Shown here: positions 14,287 through 26,200 of the stretch, one piece after another | Layout: each line of letters begins with the position of its first letter | How positions within the stretch are numbered: the first letter of the stretch is position 1 | Source of the DNA: Mizuhopecten yessoensis | Taxonomy: Eukaryota | Assembly (NCBI RefSeq): GCF_002113885.1 | Contig: NW_018407853.1 | Coordinates: forward strand, 904,486 to 968,485 | Direction of reading: 5' to 3' | Length of the DNA: 64,000 bases | Position numbers and translations under genes: made by a program | Notes under the pieces: generated by a model | What the model was told of the DNA's origin: nothing | The model's input: the letters and a program-made list of their open reading frames with translations, nothing else | Databases searched by the model: none

Positions 14287-17200
14287 CTAACCAAGGAAGT
14301 TGCAGTAGGCCGTTGTGGTGTTTCCCGTCCTTTTTTCTGTGGCTTGCACCTCTATGTCTGTGCCACTGACGCTTATTTTGAGCGTGATTGTGGCATCCAC
14401 TCCACGCTCTCTAGGTGACAAATCCACACCGACAAATCCCAGGCAGGCACATGAGTTCTCGTACACATATGAAGGATCAGTACTGTCAGAGGCATAGAAG
14501 TCAAACCACGCCTGTGTCTGATCATCGTTTAATGGGTGATAGTCTTTACCATCCTGGAAATCCCCGTACTTGACCAAATCACCTTTTCTGACATGTATGT
14601 CAAATGCATCATCCACATAAGAGTGTCTGCCATACTTTCTCATTTTCTTAGAATCATCAACTCCTTCGATGAATTTCCTCTGATGACCTATGCCATACGT
14701 ATATTTACACAAACGGGACCGGACTGCATCCAGCTCAAACCCGTACATAACAGCACCTTTCAGGATTGCTATACGAGGGTCAGCTGGAATCACAATTTTG
14801 TATTTTTGTGCAAATTTATCTTTAATAGCTTTCTGCATCGATGGATCCTCAGCGTAGCCGCCAACAACAAGAATTGTCCCCAAATCATGTAATTGGGTGT
14901 TTTCAATTAACAATTTCTCCACTTTGCTTACAACCTTTCTTGTAGATTCCTCAAAAAATGATTCAAAGACATGTTTGTCGATTCTAAGTTTGTCTCCTTT
15001 AATTTCTACCGTGTCCTTGAACGGTGACTCACTAATAGATTCCTCCAATGTGCACTCTGTGATTTTTTTGTATTCTTCTGCAAGATATAACGGGATACGA
15101 ATGGTGATCTTTCCCAGGACTCCATTTGGGTCATAAGCACATTTCTTTCTTTCAAACTCATCTTTAATTTCTTGCCATTCTACCGGATACATTTTCTCCA
15201 TTTCATGTAAGACATCTTGGCCACAAATGCGTTGTAGGAAGCGTACAAAACTTTCGTTGACTCTTAGGCCCCCCCAGTAGCCCCCTGTTGGTTCGTTTAT
15301 CTCCTTCAGATGACCATCATTCAGTACCTCATGGGCTGTTATGTCAATTGTCCCACCTAAAATATTTGAATTCATCATTATTTTAATAAAACATTAAGCA
15401 TGTGCATAGAAAATTAAAGAAAACATTCAGCACTGAAAAAAATACTGTGAAAATAGAACACTTTTTTCAGAAATATTGCACCTTAAAATATCATTTTTAT
15501 GACATGAAGTCTGCAGCACCTGCTGTGGTAGTATAGAATGCCAGCAGTAAGTATGGGAGGGATATTTATCATATTTGATAAGTAGATTCCCCTTAGTCCT
15601 TAGTTGTGCAGGTGTTATTTTGAGAGTGATCATAAAAACAAGATGGCAGAAGGAACAACTTAACAGATCTTTCTCATATTACAATAATCGGTTCTATTTC
15701 CTTCACATCAAGTTCTGAACTAGTAAATATGGGAAGCAACTCACTTTGAAGGTTGTCTTTTATACACAACAGTATGAAAATGAGATCAAAAGTTTCCTCA
15801 AGGTACATTTACTGTTAACATGACAATCAAACATATAAGAGAAAAAAAGAGAAAAGATTTAACTGACAGAACTAATAAAGGTGGTACAATGGTGGGCACC
15901 AAGATCCCTCTGGAATCTCTTGTATAGCTTTATGTTGACATTGCATTACAGTGCCCACTCCATCAGATAGCAGCCCACAGAGGACATGTTTTAAGGTGAG
16001 AACCATATAGCCTAAGGGTAATGAGCAAGAAATTAGGGTCGTTACTTCTGTGGGGGGTCACTGTTTAATGAACACAGAGTTTACTGGAATAGTCTTCAGC
16101 GTCCTGATTCAGTACAAAACTGCTGTATATTCTGGCAATGACTTAATGAATGTTAAACCAAATTTCACAAGAAATACTTCATTTCATCACATAACTGACC
16201 CAAAGGGCCAGGTGAGCTAAAAATAGGTTGGAGTGACTGGCGTTAACTTTTTACTTTAAATAACGTCTGCATAACCAAGAGACCTAGGGTGATGATATTT
16301 GGCCATAAGCATGCTGGGATAAAGGGCTACCATTTTTAACCCTTTCACCCCTATGAAACTTTAGTATACTCTCCCATGTATTGTTCTGGATGAGTCCATT
16401 ATGGTCTACAGTGGTGAAAGGGTTAATAAGATTTGTTTACATTTTCCTTAAATAAAGATTTAAGGACTTCCCATCCTTCGTAATACACATGTTTTTCTTG
16501 TCGTATTTTCATGTCGTATTTTCTGTATTGCGTATCGGGCATTCTATTACCGTAGTGTAAATTATAGTAACACAGGGTAAACAATAGTACACGTGCGTGA
16601 CGATGATATGTCAACATCCGATATCGAGACTTAATTGGGAAATGTCTAATAACACCTATTTCAGAAATTATGCTTATTATACAAAGACATAAATTAACTG
16701 ACGGGAAGACACTGACATACGATCAGACAACTTCAGGAAGGTCTATTTGAGGCGCATGGGGTGCAGACTAAAGTGTTTTGTTTACCGACCTCACCTGTAC
16801 ATTTCACGTCCTAACACTAGTTTACAAGCTCGGGGTCGCTACAATTTTTGTTGTCGAGCGAGTTACGCTCTGTCAGGTAAATCATTTCACAAATGCAATA
16901 ACAATAACTTTGTGAAAATAGTGTTTTGTAAAATATCTAGATCCCTACAAAATGCTACCATGCGATAGCCTATGGTTACATATGTACATGATTGAGAGTA
17001 ATTTTGTTCTTTAAAAGAACAGTAAATTGACAATTTTAATATCATAATTTAATTTGTTTCCATTGTTTTTGGTATACATTGTAGTACAGAAAATAACTCA
17101 TTGTATAAATTTTAACCCTCTGCAAAAAGTTTCATTTTTTTTTCAAGGTAGACAACTCTCGTCAGGATAAAAATGATTGTAAAATGCAAAATAAAGGAAT

Positions 17201-20200
17201 TATTGAGGCTTTGTGTGTATTTGGTTCAATTTTTTACTCTTTTTGTTTTGCACTATGTTTCCTATCTGCTTTTAGATTGTATATAAATACTTTTATCCAT
17301 ACAATTTCAATAAAAAACACTTTGTGTAACGTGTTTAAGATATTTTATGATAAATAAAATATTTGTAGGGTTGATAAGTAATGCTTCTTTTCATTATTTT
17401 ATTGTTGTAATCGTTTTGAGCAATGCTACACACTCAAAAAATGTGAAAGTGTTAAATTTAACAAAAGTTCAATTTTTCAGTATTTTTGTACAAAAAAAAA
17501 TCCCTAGTTTATCGGAATGCTTAGATTTTCATAAAAACATCTCTAGTGACATAACCATTATGTGAAACTTTCATTGAGTTCTGCTGGTTAATTGCAAAAG
17601 GGTGGAGCCTCCTTAATGCATGAATTTATTTTTGATAGACAATGTTTTTGAAATCTGTAACCTCCGAATCAAATTTTCATCACTGACAACCCTGTAATTA
17701 CCTCCAAGGTCCATTATGAGATATTTGGCACCGGCTTGGAAGTTGGCTATAGAAGGTCCATCGTCGGCCCTTACAACACTGCTGGGCACCTTCCTACAGT
17801 ACAGGGATGCTGCCTCAGGCTCCAGGGCCAAAGTCAACTGACCATCTTCTATCCCAGCCTGTAGTAGAGAACACATACCTCAAACATGGTTCTGGTCCTC
17901 ATGTAATTACAAGAGGCCCAAGAGCCTTAGCAGTCACCTGAGTTATATCATAGGTACTGGTAGCTTTATTTTGTTGTTTAGATGTGATGTGGAAATCAGC
18001 ATGTAAACTAAGTGAAATACAATACTTGTCATGTCATCAAAGGATAAGAATTTTAAAATATTTGTAAATGTTCCCTTTGGGGCCCCGTCCTAGCCCCTGG
18101 GGAGGAGGCAGGAATCCCAATTTTCCAAAGTAATATCCTCATCCACCAAAGATGATTGTGACCAAGTTTGAATAATTTTCTGCTGAAAATGGATAAAATA
18201 TACCCAAAGGTGTTATTTCCCTATATAATCTATAGTAAACTTTACCCCCTCCCCAAGGGGGAACGGATGGCTCAGGGGTCCAGGAATTGACATTTCAACA
18301 AAGCTCCTGCTGATCTTTCTATCTATTCACTGACATTGACTGTAGTACCTCCGAGTCTGGAGAAGAAGATTTTTGAAATATTGGTAAATTTTCCCTTTGG
18401 TGCCCCGCCCTGGGCCTAGGGTTGGGGTAGGAATCCCAATTTTACATTTTAAAACCATCTTCCTCCAATGATATTTCTCACCAAGTGAGAATAATTTCCT
18501 ACAGGAAATTGTCAAAATATACCCAAAAGTGTTGTTTCCCTATATAAACTATATTAAACTTTACCCCCTCCCCAAGGGAGAACGGATAGCTTGGGGGTTA
18601 TAAAGCCCCTGTTGATCTTTCCATCCATGCAGAGGAAATTACTGTAGTACCTCTGAGTCTGGAGAAGAAGATTTTTGAAATATTGGTTAATTTTGGAATA
18701 TTGGAAATCCCAATTTTACAATTTTGTAGCCTCATCTACCAAGGATGATTCTGATCAGGTTTGAAAAAAAATCCATCCACTGTTTCTTGATAAGAGGTTG
18801 AAAATATAAAAAGTTAACGCACGACGAATGACGACGGACGACGGCAGTCGGAAAGTGATCGGAATAGGTCACTTGAGCAAAGCTCAGGTGACCTAAAATA
18901 AACATTGCGTTCCGGTTTGAGGTGGGATATCTCATAAATAATTAGCACAAGTAAAACATTCATTTAATTTAACTCAAGCAGATTTGTAATTTTCCGTAAT
19001 TTTGAGTAAATGGAAGTCAAAGTTATAGAAATATAACGAGATCAAAATTAACTACCATTTATTATTAAATACAACTGAGGATAGGATATCTTTTTGGCTA
19101 TAAATAAATTTTATCCGTCATGGCGGCACTATTTTATGTATAACGTTTACCTTTAGATATCAGATTTAGACTGGAATATCAGGAAGCCTGGCAATATTCA
19201 CTTGGCTAACAAATAACTCTGTATCCAGTGAGCGAGGAGACCCAATTTAAGTAAATACATGACACTTTGCCAACCAAGAACGTACAGAACTAGGCAGATG
19301 ACAGAGTACCGTATAACAGGTTATTGGCACGGCCTTCAAATTTCACAATTGTGACTTAAAATTAGAATATTGAATTAACATTGGTTATAATTTCACGATA
19401 TAGACATGTGAATGAACTAAATTTTCGAGGTGTTAATGAATCGGTACAGAGATGGGACATTCGGCATATAAAATGTCAAATGGTCCAATGGACACACTTT
19501 ATTACAGCATATTTAGCAACAACTAGTCAGCTGTATTTTGTAAAACAAATCATCAACTATTACATGTTGTTGACTCGCAAAATCGCAAAATTATTATGCC
19601 TGCAGAAATACATATATGTATCCTGCAATATGGTTTATGATCTATGCCCTGTATAAAGTGACACACAGACAGATGGACTGAAGAATGAAGTGCACATACA
19701 TAATATATACGAGTACAGAAAATCAAAAATCTATTGCTGATCTGCCCAAAAATGGATGCTCTTCAAATGAAAGACAAGAACTGATATCAAAATTTTACAC
19801 AAGTGGGTGTTTAAAGGTCATACGTATAAATATTTCAAACAGAAACCCTGACTTGATTCCCAGTACCTTGTGTGCTGCCTCCCTCATAAACTGCTTGGCC
19901 TTCAGGTTCCAGATCGCTGGTACTGTCAGTACCCAGTGGATGTCGGACCCATAGAAACCAGAATGTGTATCCTTAGCTTCCAAGTCTTTTAATAACATGT
20001 TCTTGAAGAACTCTATGATAGCAGAAAACACACTGATAGCTGGCAGTTTCTTCCCATTTTCCGACTCCAACATGGTGTCCCTCGTAAGTTCATCCTGTAA
20101 GTATATATAATTTAATCTTGCTTGTAACAAGCATTTTCATTGGCTTAAAAATTTGTTATCAGCCCATAACATAAAAAATTACGTCGCCGTTTGTAACGTC

Positions 20201-23200
20201 GCTTTTGACTGGCTGATACAGCAGCGCAATGAATTCTAAGAGAAAAGAGTCCATCAATAAAAGTGTATTTCCACAGGGATTGTGTATAGAAGATTAAATT
20301 ATAAGGATTATCTTGAATATATTGAGCGGTTTATTTAAAGTACACTCCGTTTTTTTGTGTTATAGCTCCATAACATGAAAAATATATTCAAGTTAATCCT
20401 TAAATAACTATACAGATCTTGGGGTTTTGGTGTCCCTCAATTACACCCATAGAACATGACTGAGGCACAGGAGATAGAATGTTTTTATGATATTGTTGAT
20501 ATGACCTTATTTTCATGATGAATCTGTACCATTTAAGTTTGAAAAGTAGGTCAAAGTTACTTAATTAGGTCAAAAACATCTCCAAGTAAATTTCTGAACC
20601 AAATGACAAGTTTTGATAATGTAGGTCAAATTTTAAAAAAGTAGTTCACAGAGACTTAATTTTGTCAACAAATTAGGTCAAACAATCATTCTAGGTTAAT
20701 ACCTGACTAATGAACACCAGTACAAAAACTTTATATACATGATCAAAATATAGCATTCACCATGTAATCATAGTTACATTCAACAATGCTTTAAAGCAGA
20801 CCATGTCCAATCCAGAACTCACTGCAAACCCACCAAACAATATGGTTCCAGTGGTGTCAGGTTGAGACAGGTCCCAGTGGTGTCAGGTTGAGAAAGGTCC
20901 CAGTGGTGTCAGGTTGAGACAGGTCATAGTGGTGTCAGGTTGAGACAGGTCACAGTGGTGTCACGTTGAGACAGGTCCCAGTGGTGTCAGGTTGAGAAAG
21001 GTCCCAGTGGTGTCAGGTTGAGACAGGTCATAGCGGTGTCAGGTTGAGACAGGTCCCAGTGGTGTCATGTTGAGACAGGTCATAGTGGTGTCAGGTTGAG
21101 ACAGGCCACAGTGGTGTCAGGTTGAGACAGGTCCCAGTGGTGCCAGGTTGAGACAGGTCATAGTGGTGTCAGGTTGAGACAGGCCACAGTGGTGTCAGGT
21201 TGAGACAGGTCCCAGTGGTGCCAGGTTGAGACAGGTCATAGTGGTGTCAGGTTGAGACAGGCCACAGTGGTGTCAGGTTGAGACAGGTCCCAGTGGTGCC
21301 AGGTTGAGACAGGTCATAGTGGTGTCAGGTTGAGACAGGTCACAGTGGTGTCACGTTGAGACAGGTCCCAGTGGTGTCAGGTTGAGACCGGTCCCAGTGG
21401 TGTCAGGTTGAGACAGGTCATAGCGGTGTCAGGTTGAGACAGGTCCCAGTGGTGTCAGGATGAGACAGGTCCCAGTGGTGTCAGGTTGAGACATGTCCCA
21501 GTGGTGTCAGGTTGAGACAGGTCATAGCGGTGTCAGGTTGAGACAGGTCCCAGTGGTGTCATGTTGAGACAGGTCATAGTGGTGTCAGGTTGAGACAGGC
21601 CACAGTGGTGTCAGGTTGAGACAGGTCCCAGTGGTGTCGGGTTGAGACAGGTCCCAGTGGTGTCAGGTTGAGGCAGGTCCCAGTGGTGTCAGGTTGAGAC
21701 AGGTCCCAGTGGTGTCAGGTTGAGACAGGTCCCAGTGGTGTCGGGTTGAGACAGAGTCCACGGTTTAAGGGTTTTTTATTCCTGCATGATTCTGACTTGA
21801 TACTAAGCTGTAATATTTTCTTTTTCTTTATGATGACTTTCATCTGTACATTCAAATTTGAACCAGGACGGACTTAACACCAGTCCCTGTACCTACCACT
21901 ACATAACGTATGGTACGTCAACACTTCTACCGACAGCAAATGGTCACAACATCCAGTAGAGAGAAATGACCTGATTTTGCAAGTTCTCATTATAATTACT
22001 TACCTTGGATTCATACAGCTTCATTTTAAAGTGCTTGAAGAAATAACAGTCATCTATGTCCTCTCCATCTTGGAATTCCGAGTTGGCATCATACCCAAAA
22101 CTTTTGAACTTTTGGTCTGAATCAAGAAGGACACATGTAGGTGCTTTTGCAGTCATGGTAGTTTTTGCAGCCCAGGAATGCAGGTGGATTTTAGGATCTC
22201 CTGAATTCTTATACCCTTCTCTTGTACAATGAGCAAATCCAGAGAATGTAGTTCCAAAATCAATGGCTGCCACTATCAAGCTGGACTGCTTGATGGTCTG
22301 AAAATATAACCACCAGTTATGTATACATTGCATGGCATTTACAAATTTTAATTTCAACATCTTCACAAAATGAGATGATTTTTTTTTTATTTATCTGCAG
22401 GTAACATTACCTTTTTACCAAAAAATGATTTTTTGTTCTGTTCAAGGGAGGGCTTTGTTGTGCTGGAAGATGTCCCTTCAAAGGATGGTGTTGATGAATC
22501 ATCTTTTCTGAGTAGTTCCTTCTGAAAGGAAAGATATTTACATTGTAGTGCAAATTACAATGGATAAGATATAAAATAACTAAAGGAGCTATGCTACTCC
22601 TCACAAAAATATTATTTCCCTTTAAAAACTTTTGATTTACATTGTTGAATATGTTTAAATTATGGCGGTATTTAATGTAAAAAAATAAAGTGTCATCAAT
22701 ACTTTTGAGTCTTTCTAATGTATCACAATTTTTTGTGTACCTTTCAAATTAAATGTGTCATCAAATCTTGTGCAATTTTAAATGTGTCAACAAAATGTGA
22801 ACCTTTCAAATGTGTCATTAATTCATGTGTACCTTTCAAATGTGTCATCAATTCTTGTGTACCTTTCGAATGTGTCATTAATAAATCAAACACAAGTCCT
22901 AATTGCATGAGAGATATTTCACAGGTTTCTTATTTTGGAACTCTCCTTGAAAGAAGACTGTGCGGCAGTATTAAGGTAGCATACATTTGAGGTTTATGTA
23001 GACAAAGCAGGTTTATGTTGACAAATAATACCTAATTGTATGTACAATAGTATACTATTCATTAGGAACAGTCAGATGCCCTTAGTAGGGGCCTTAGGGA
23101 GAGGCTGCTGATTGGTCAATTGTACTACTGGTCACTCAGTCTGTCAGCCTCCATCAGTATCAGGTCATTCTAAGTTGCTATTTCTTTACATCTTCACTAT

Positions 23201-26200
23201 TCCAAACAAGCGTATATTAACTGGTTTTACACTTCGTTATACTATTTGTGTTTCTGGGACATATAACTAGTGAATTGTTTAGCATACATTCCTAAGATAT
23301 GTGAATCGATCCCTAGCGACACAGAATAGGTGAATAACAATGACAAAGATTTTACTTGTCAAGTCCATACAGTAAAGATAAAGTTAACAAAAATGTCCAA
23401 TATTTAAATATAAATATGTTTTACCTTTCCAACGGACGATGATGGTGGAGACACTGTCCTTGTATTTGGTATGACATTCCCCTGAATAATGTAAATACTG
23501 AGTTAAATGAACAAAATTCCATTTTACTTCAGGTAGTACATTGCATGCGTAATCAAGTTAAATATTTTTATATTCTAGATGCCAAATATGGGTTAATTTG
23601 CCCTGAATCATGTTTTGAACAACTCAGAACTTAAATAAAAAAAAAACATATGGCCATGTTTTTATTGTAATAAGTTTAGAGGGGAAAATCCACTTTACAA
23701 ACTTTGATGACCATGTAGCGAAACTGGACCGGGTTGATTATCGGTGACAACGAAGATAGCTCAATTGGTTCGCCTAGAGCTCAGAGGTAGAGGCCGTGCA
23801 TTTTCCCCCTCCTATTACATTTGGTGCCTGTGACCAACCCTTGTTTTACGTACTGAGTGAATCCTTGGCAATGGGATACCCAAACTTGGGTTGTAAATAG
23901 TTGTATCTTCGAAGGCGAAGACTTAGAAAAAGGAGGGAGGAATGTAGTGGAACTGGATTGGGTCGATCATCTTCGACCTGGTAGCTCAATTGATAGAGCG
24001 TCCATCTAGAGTTGGGAGCGTCCCAGGTTCAAACCCCAGTCTGGCCGTGCATTTTTCCGCTCCTAATACAACTATATATACCTGTATGATAATTATAACA
24101 TCAGACAGCCTCGCCTTACAATGAGGCCAAACATCCCTAATCAGCTAATATAGAACTTATTTTTACTAAGACCTACTATTGTAATGATAATGATTTAAAT
24201 TTGCGAAGGAAGAAATAGTATTGCTATATAGACCTAAGTCATGTAAGGTGTCTTTCCACCTTCATTGTTCTGTCATTCAAATTCCATGTTAATTTACATT
24301 TTAAATAAACTTTTCTTGTTCCATTTGTTATCATATTTTTATGAAATTTGACAAACAGCTAGAAAATGATCAAGCACTAATTTGATTATGTTTAATACTT
24401 AATTTTGACAGTGCTTTTTTATCACCAACACCTTTTTACAGCAAAAAAAATGTAAAACCTGTTTAAAGAGGACTGACTATTGTGTGAGTTTATTACCGAT
24501 CTAAAACATGGCGGGTTTACAAACCAGTGACCACAAACACGTATAAATACCTTTGTAGACAGAGGTTTGGAGGCCCCTGTCAATGCTGGAGATGTCTTCG
24601 ATTCCCCAGAACTGGACTTAACATTACCTGTCTGTGATATACAATAGAATCAAAAATTAATCACTGTCTCGCTTGGTAACTACATGTACTGCCATGCCAC
24701 CATATTGGCCAGGAAAATACTGACGTTATATAATGAAGGGGTTTGGCATTATGTATGTACATGTAGATATATATTGAGGTGGTCACTGTAAGAGAAAAGG
24801 ACAGAAGGATGTTCAAATAGGTTGGAAATAAGCTAGGTGACAATGTAATGGGGGCCATTATTTTTAAGTTTTACAGTAATAAACGTCTCCTTTTCATGAA
24901 TTGATATTAAGCAGGTGATAAGACCAGCTGAGTTTTTAATTTGACATGAATATTCAAAGTATAAAAGTTGTATAAAACTTAATTCAAAAGCAGCAGTTTC
25001 AAGCATAATGAAGTACTTTCTTTGAGTTTCTGTCATCCTTAGGTGCATGAATGTATGGGGCTGATGTTTATAGGTCAAGCAGGGCCAAAAACGAACTAAT
25101 TCAGAAGTTTATCTCTAGCCTACACAAATCCTTAAACAACAGAAAAAGGATTGACAAATTGACAATGTTGTTACACTACCAACAAGAAAGATGGAACTGT
25201 ATTCGCCACATCCACAGAAAGGAAACAACAGCTATTATCCTAAGTTTGCTAGGGGGCGGACATAAGTAGGAGACTGTGACATGGTAGGTATGTCACAAAT
25301 AAATATTTTGTACAATACTGTATACCCTTAGATAACACAGACAGCAGCAGACAGACAAAGATGGAATTCCTCTGTAAAGATCTTCAGTGATCATTTAACA
25401 AAAAAATATGTTTCTCACAAAAAACAAGTGCTTTTACAGAACAAAAATTGTTTGTTTCTTTGATTTTTTTTTTAAAGAGGATTGAAAATATGATTTACAA
25501 ACCAGTGGACATTATACATTTATTGTCCTGACTTTAGGGACACGATCCTCTGTTTCTCCAAGGTTAGTCATGTTTCACAATGGCTTAGGTTATATCAATA
25601 AATATTATTCCGAAAAAAGTTCAATCATTCAATCCAATATAATAACAGAATAGTAGAGATGAGCAGGTTGATGGGCTATTGTTGTCGTCTGTTTCTGTCA
25701 TTCAGAACTGGGTTGTGGAGGCTCTTGTGCTTTTTTTCTAGAGAGGCTCCGAATAAGGGAAATATGAGCAGGGCCACTTGTGCATGTAAGTTGTAGAAAA
25801 TATATTAAGGGGTATGACATTACAGGAGTGTGCAGATGTCTATATAGAGGTATTGTTAAGGAAAGAAGGCAGAGCACCTGTTAATATGTTGGCAGTAAGC
25901 ATGGTGGTAATGTAATGGTGTAACAGCATATGATAAACATCTGATTTATCATGCAATGACATACAATATTGTAACAGGTGACAGCCCTAGCAGAGAGCAG
26001 TATCACCTTCTTTTTTTAGTTTGCAGAATAAAGAATAAAGCTGTAGAGGCAGCACATCAGATGCAGAAGCTTTAAGAATAATTAAGTTCTCATATTTTCT
26101 ATAACTGATATTTTTATCCTTGGGCATGATTTTTTATTAGCAAAATCATGACCTCAACAAAAAATTTAAGCAACCTGACAATGATGTTGATCATTAGGTA

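Noticed and set aside
23978-24048. Functional tRNA gene
   Set aside because: A and B boxes are present, but I could not form a clean cloverleaf, and the sequence sits inside an LTR that is duplicated 230 bp upstream.
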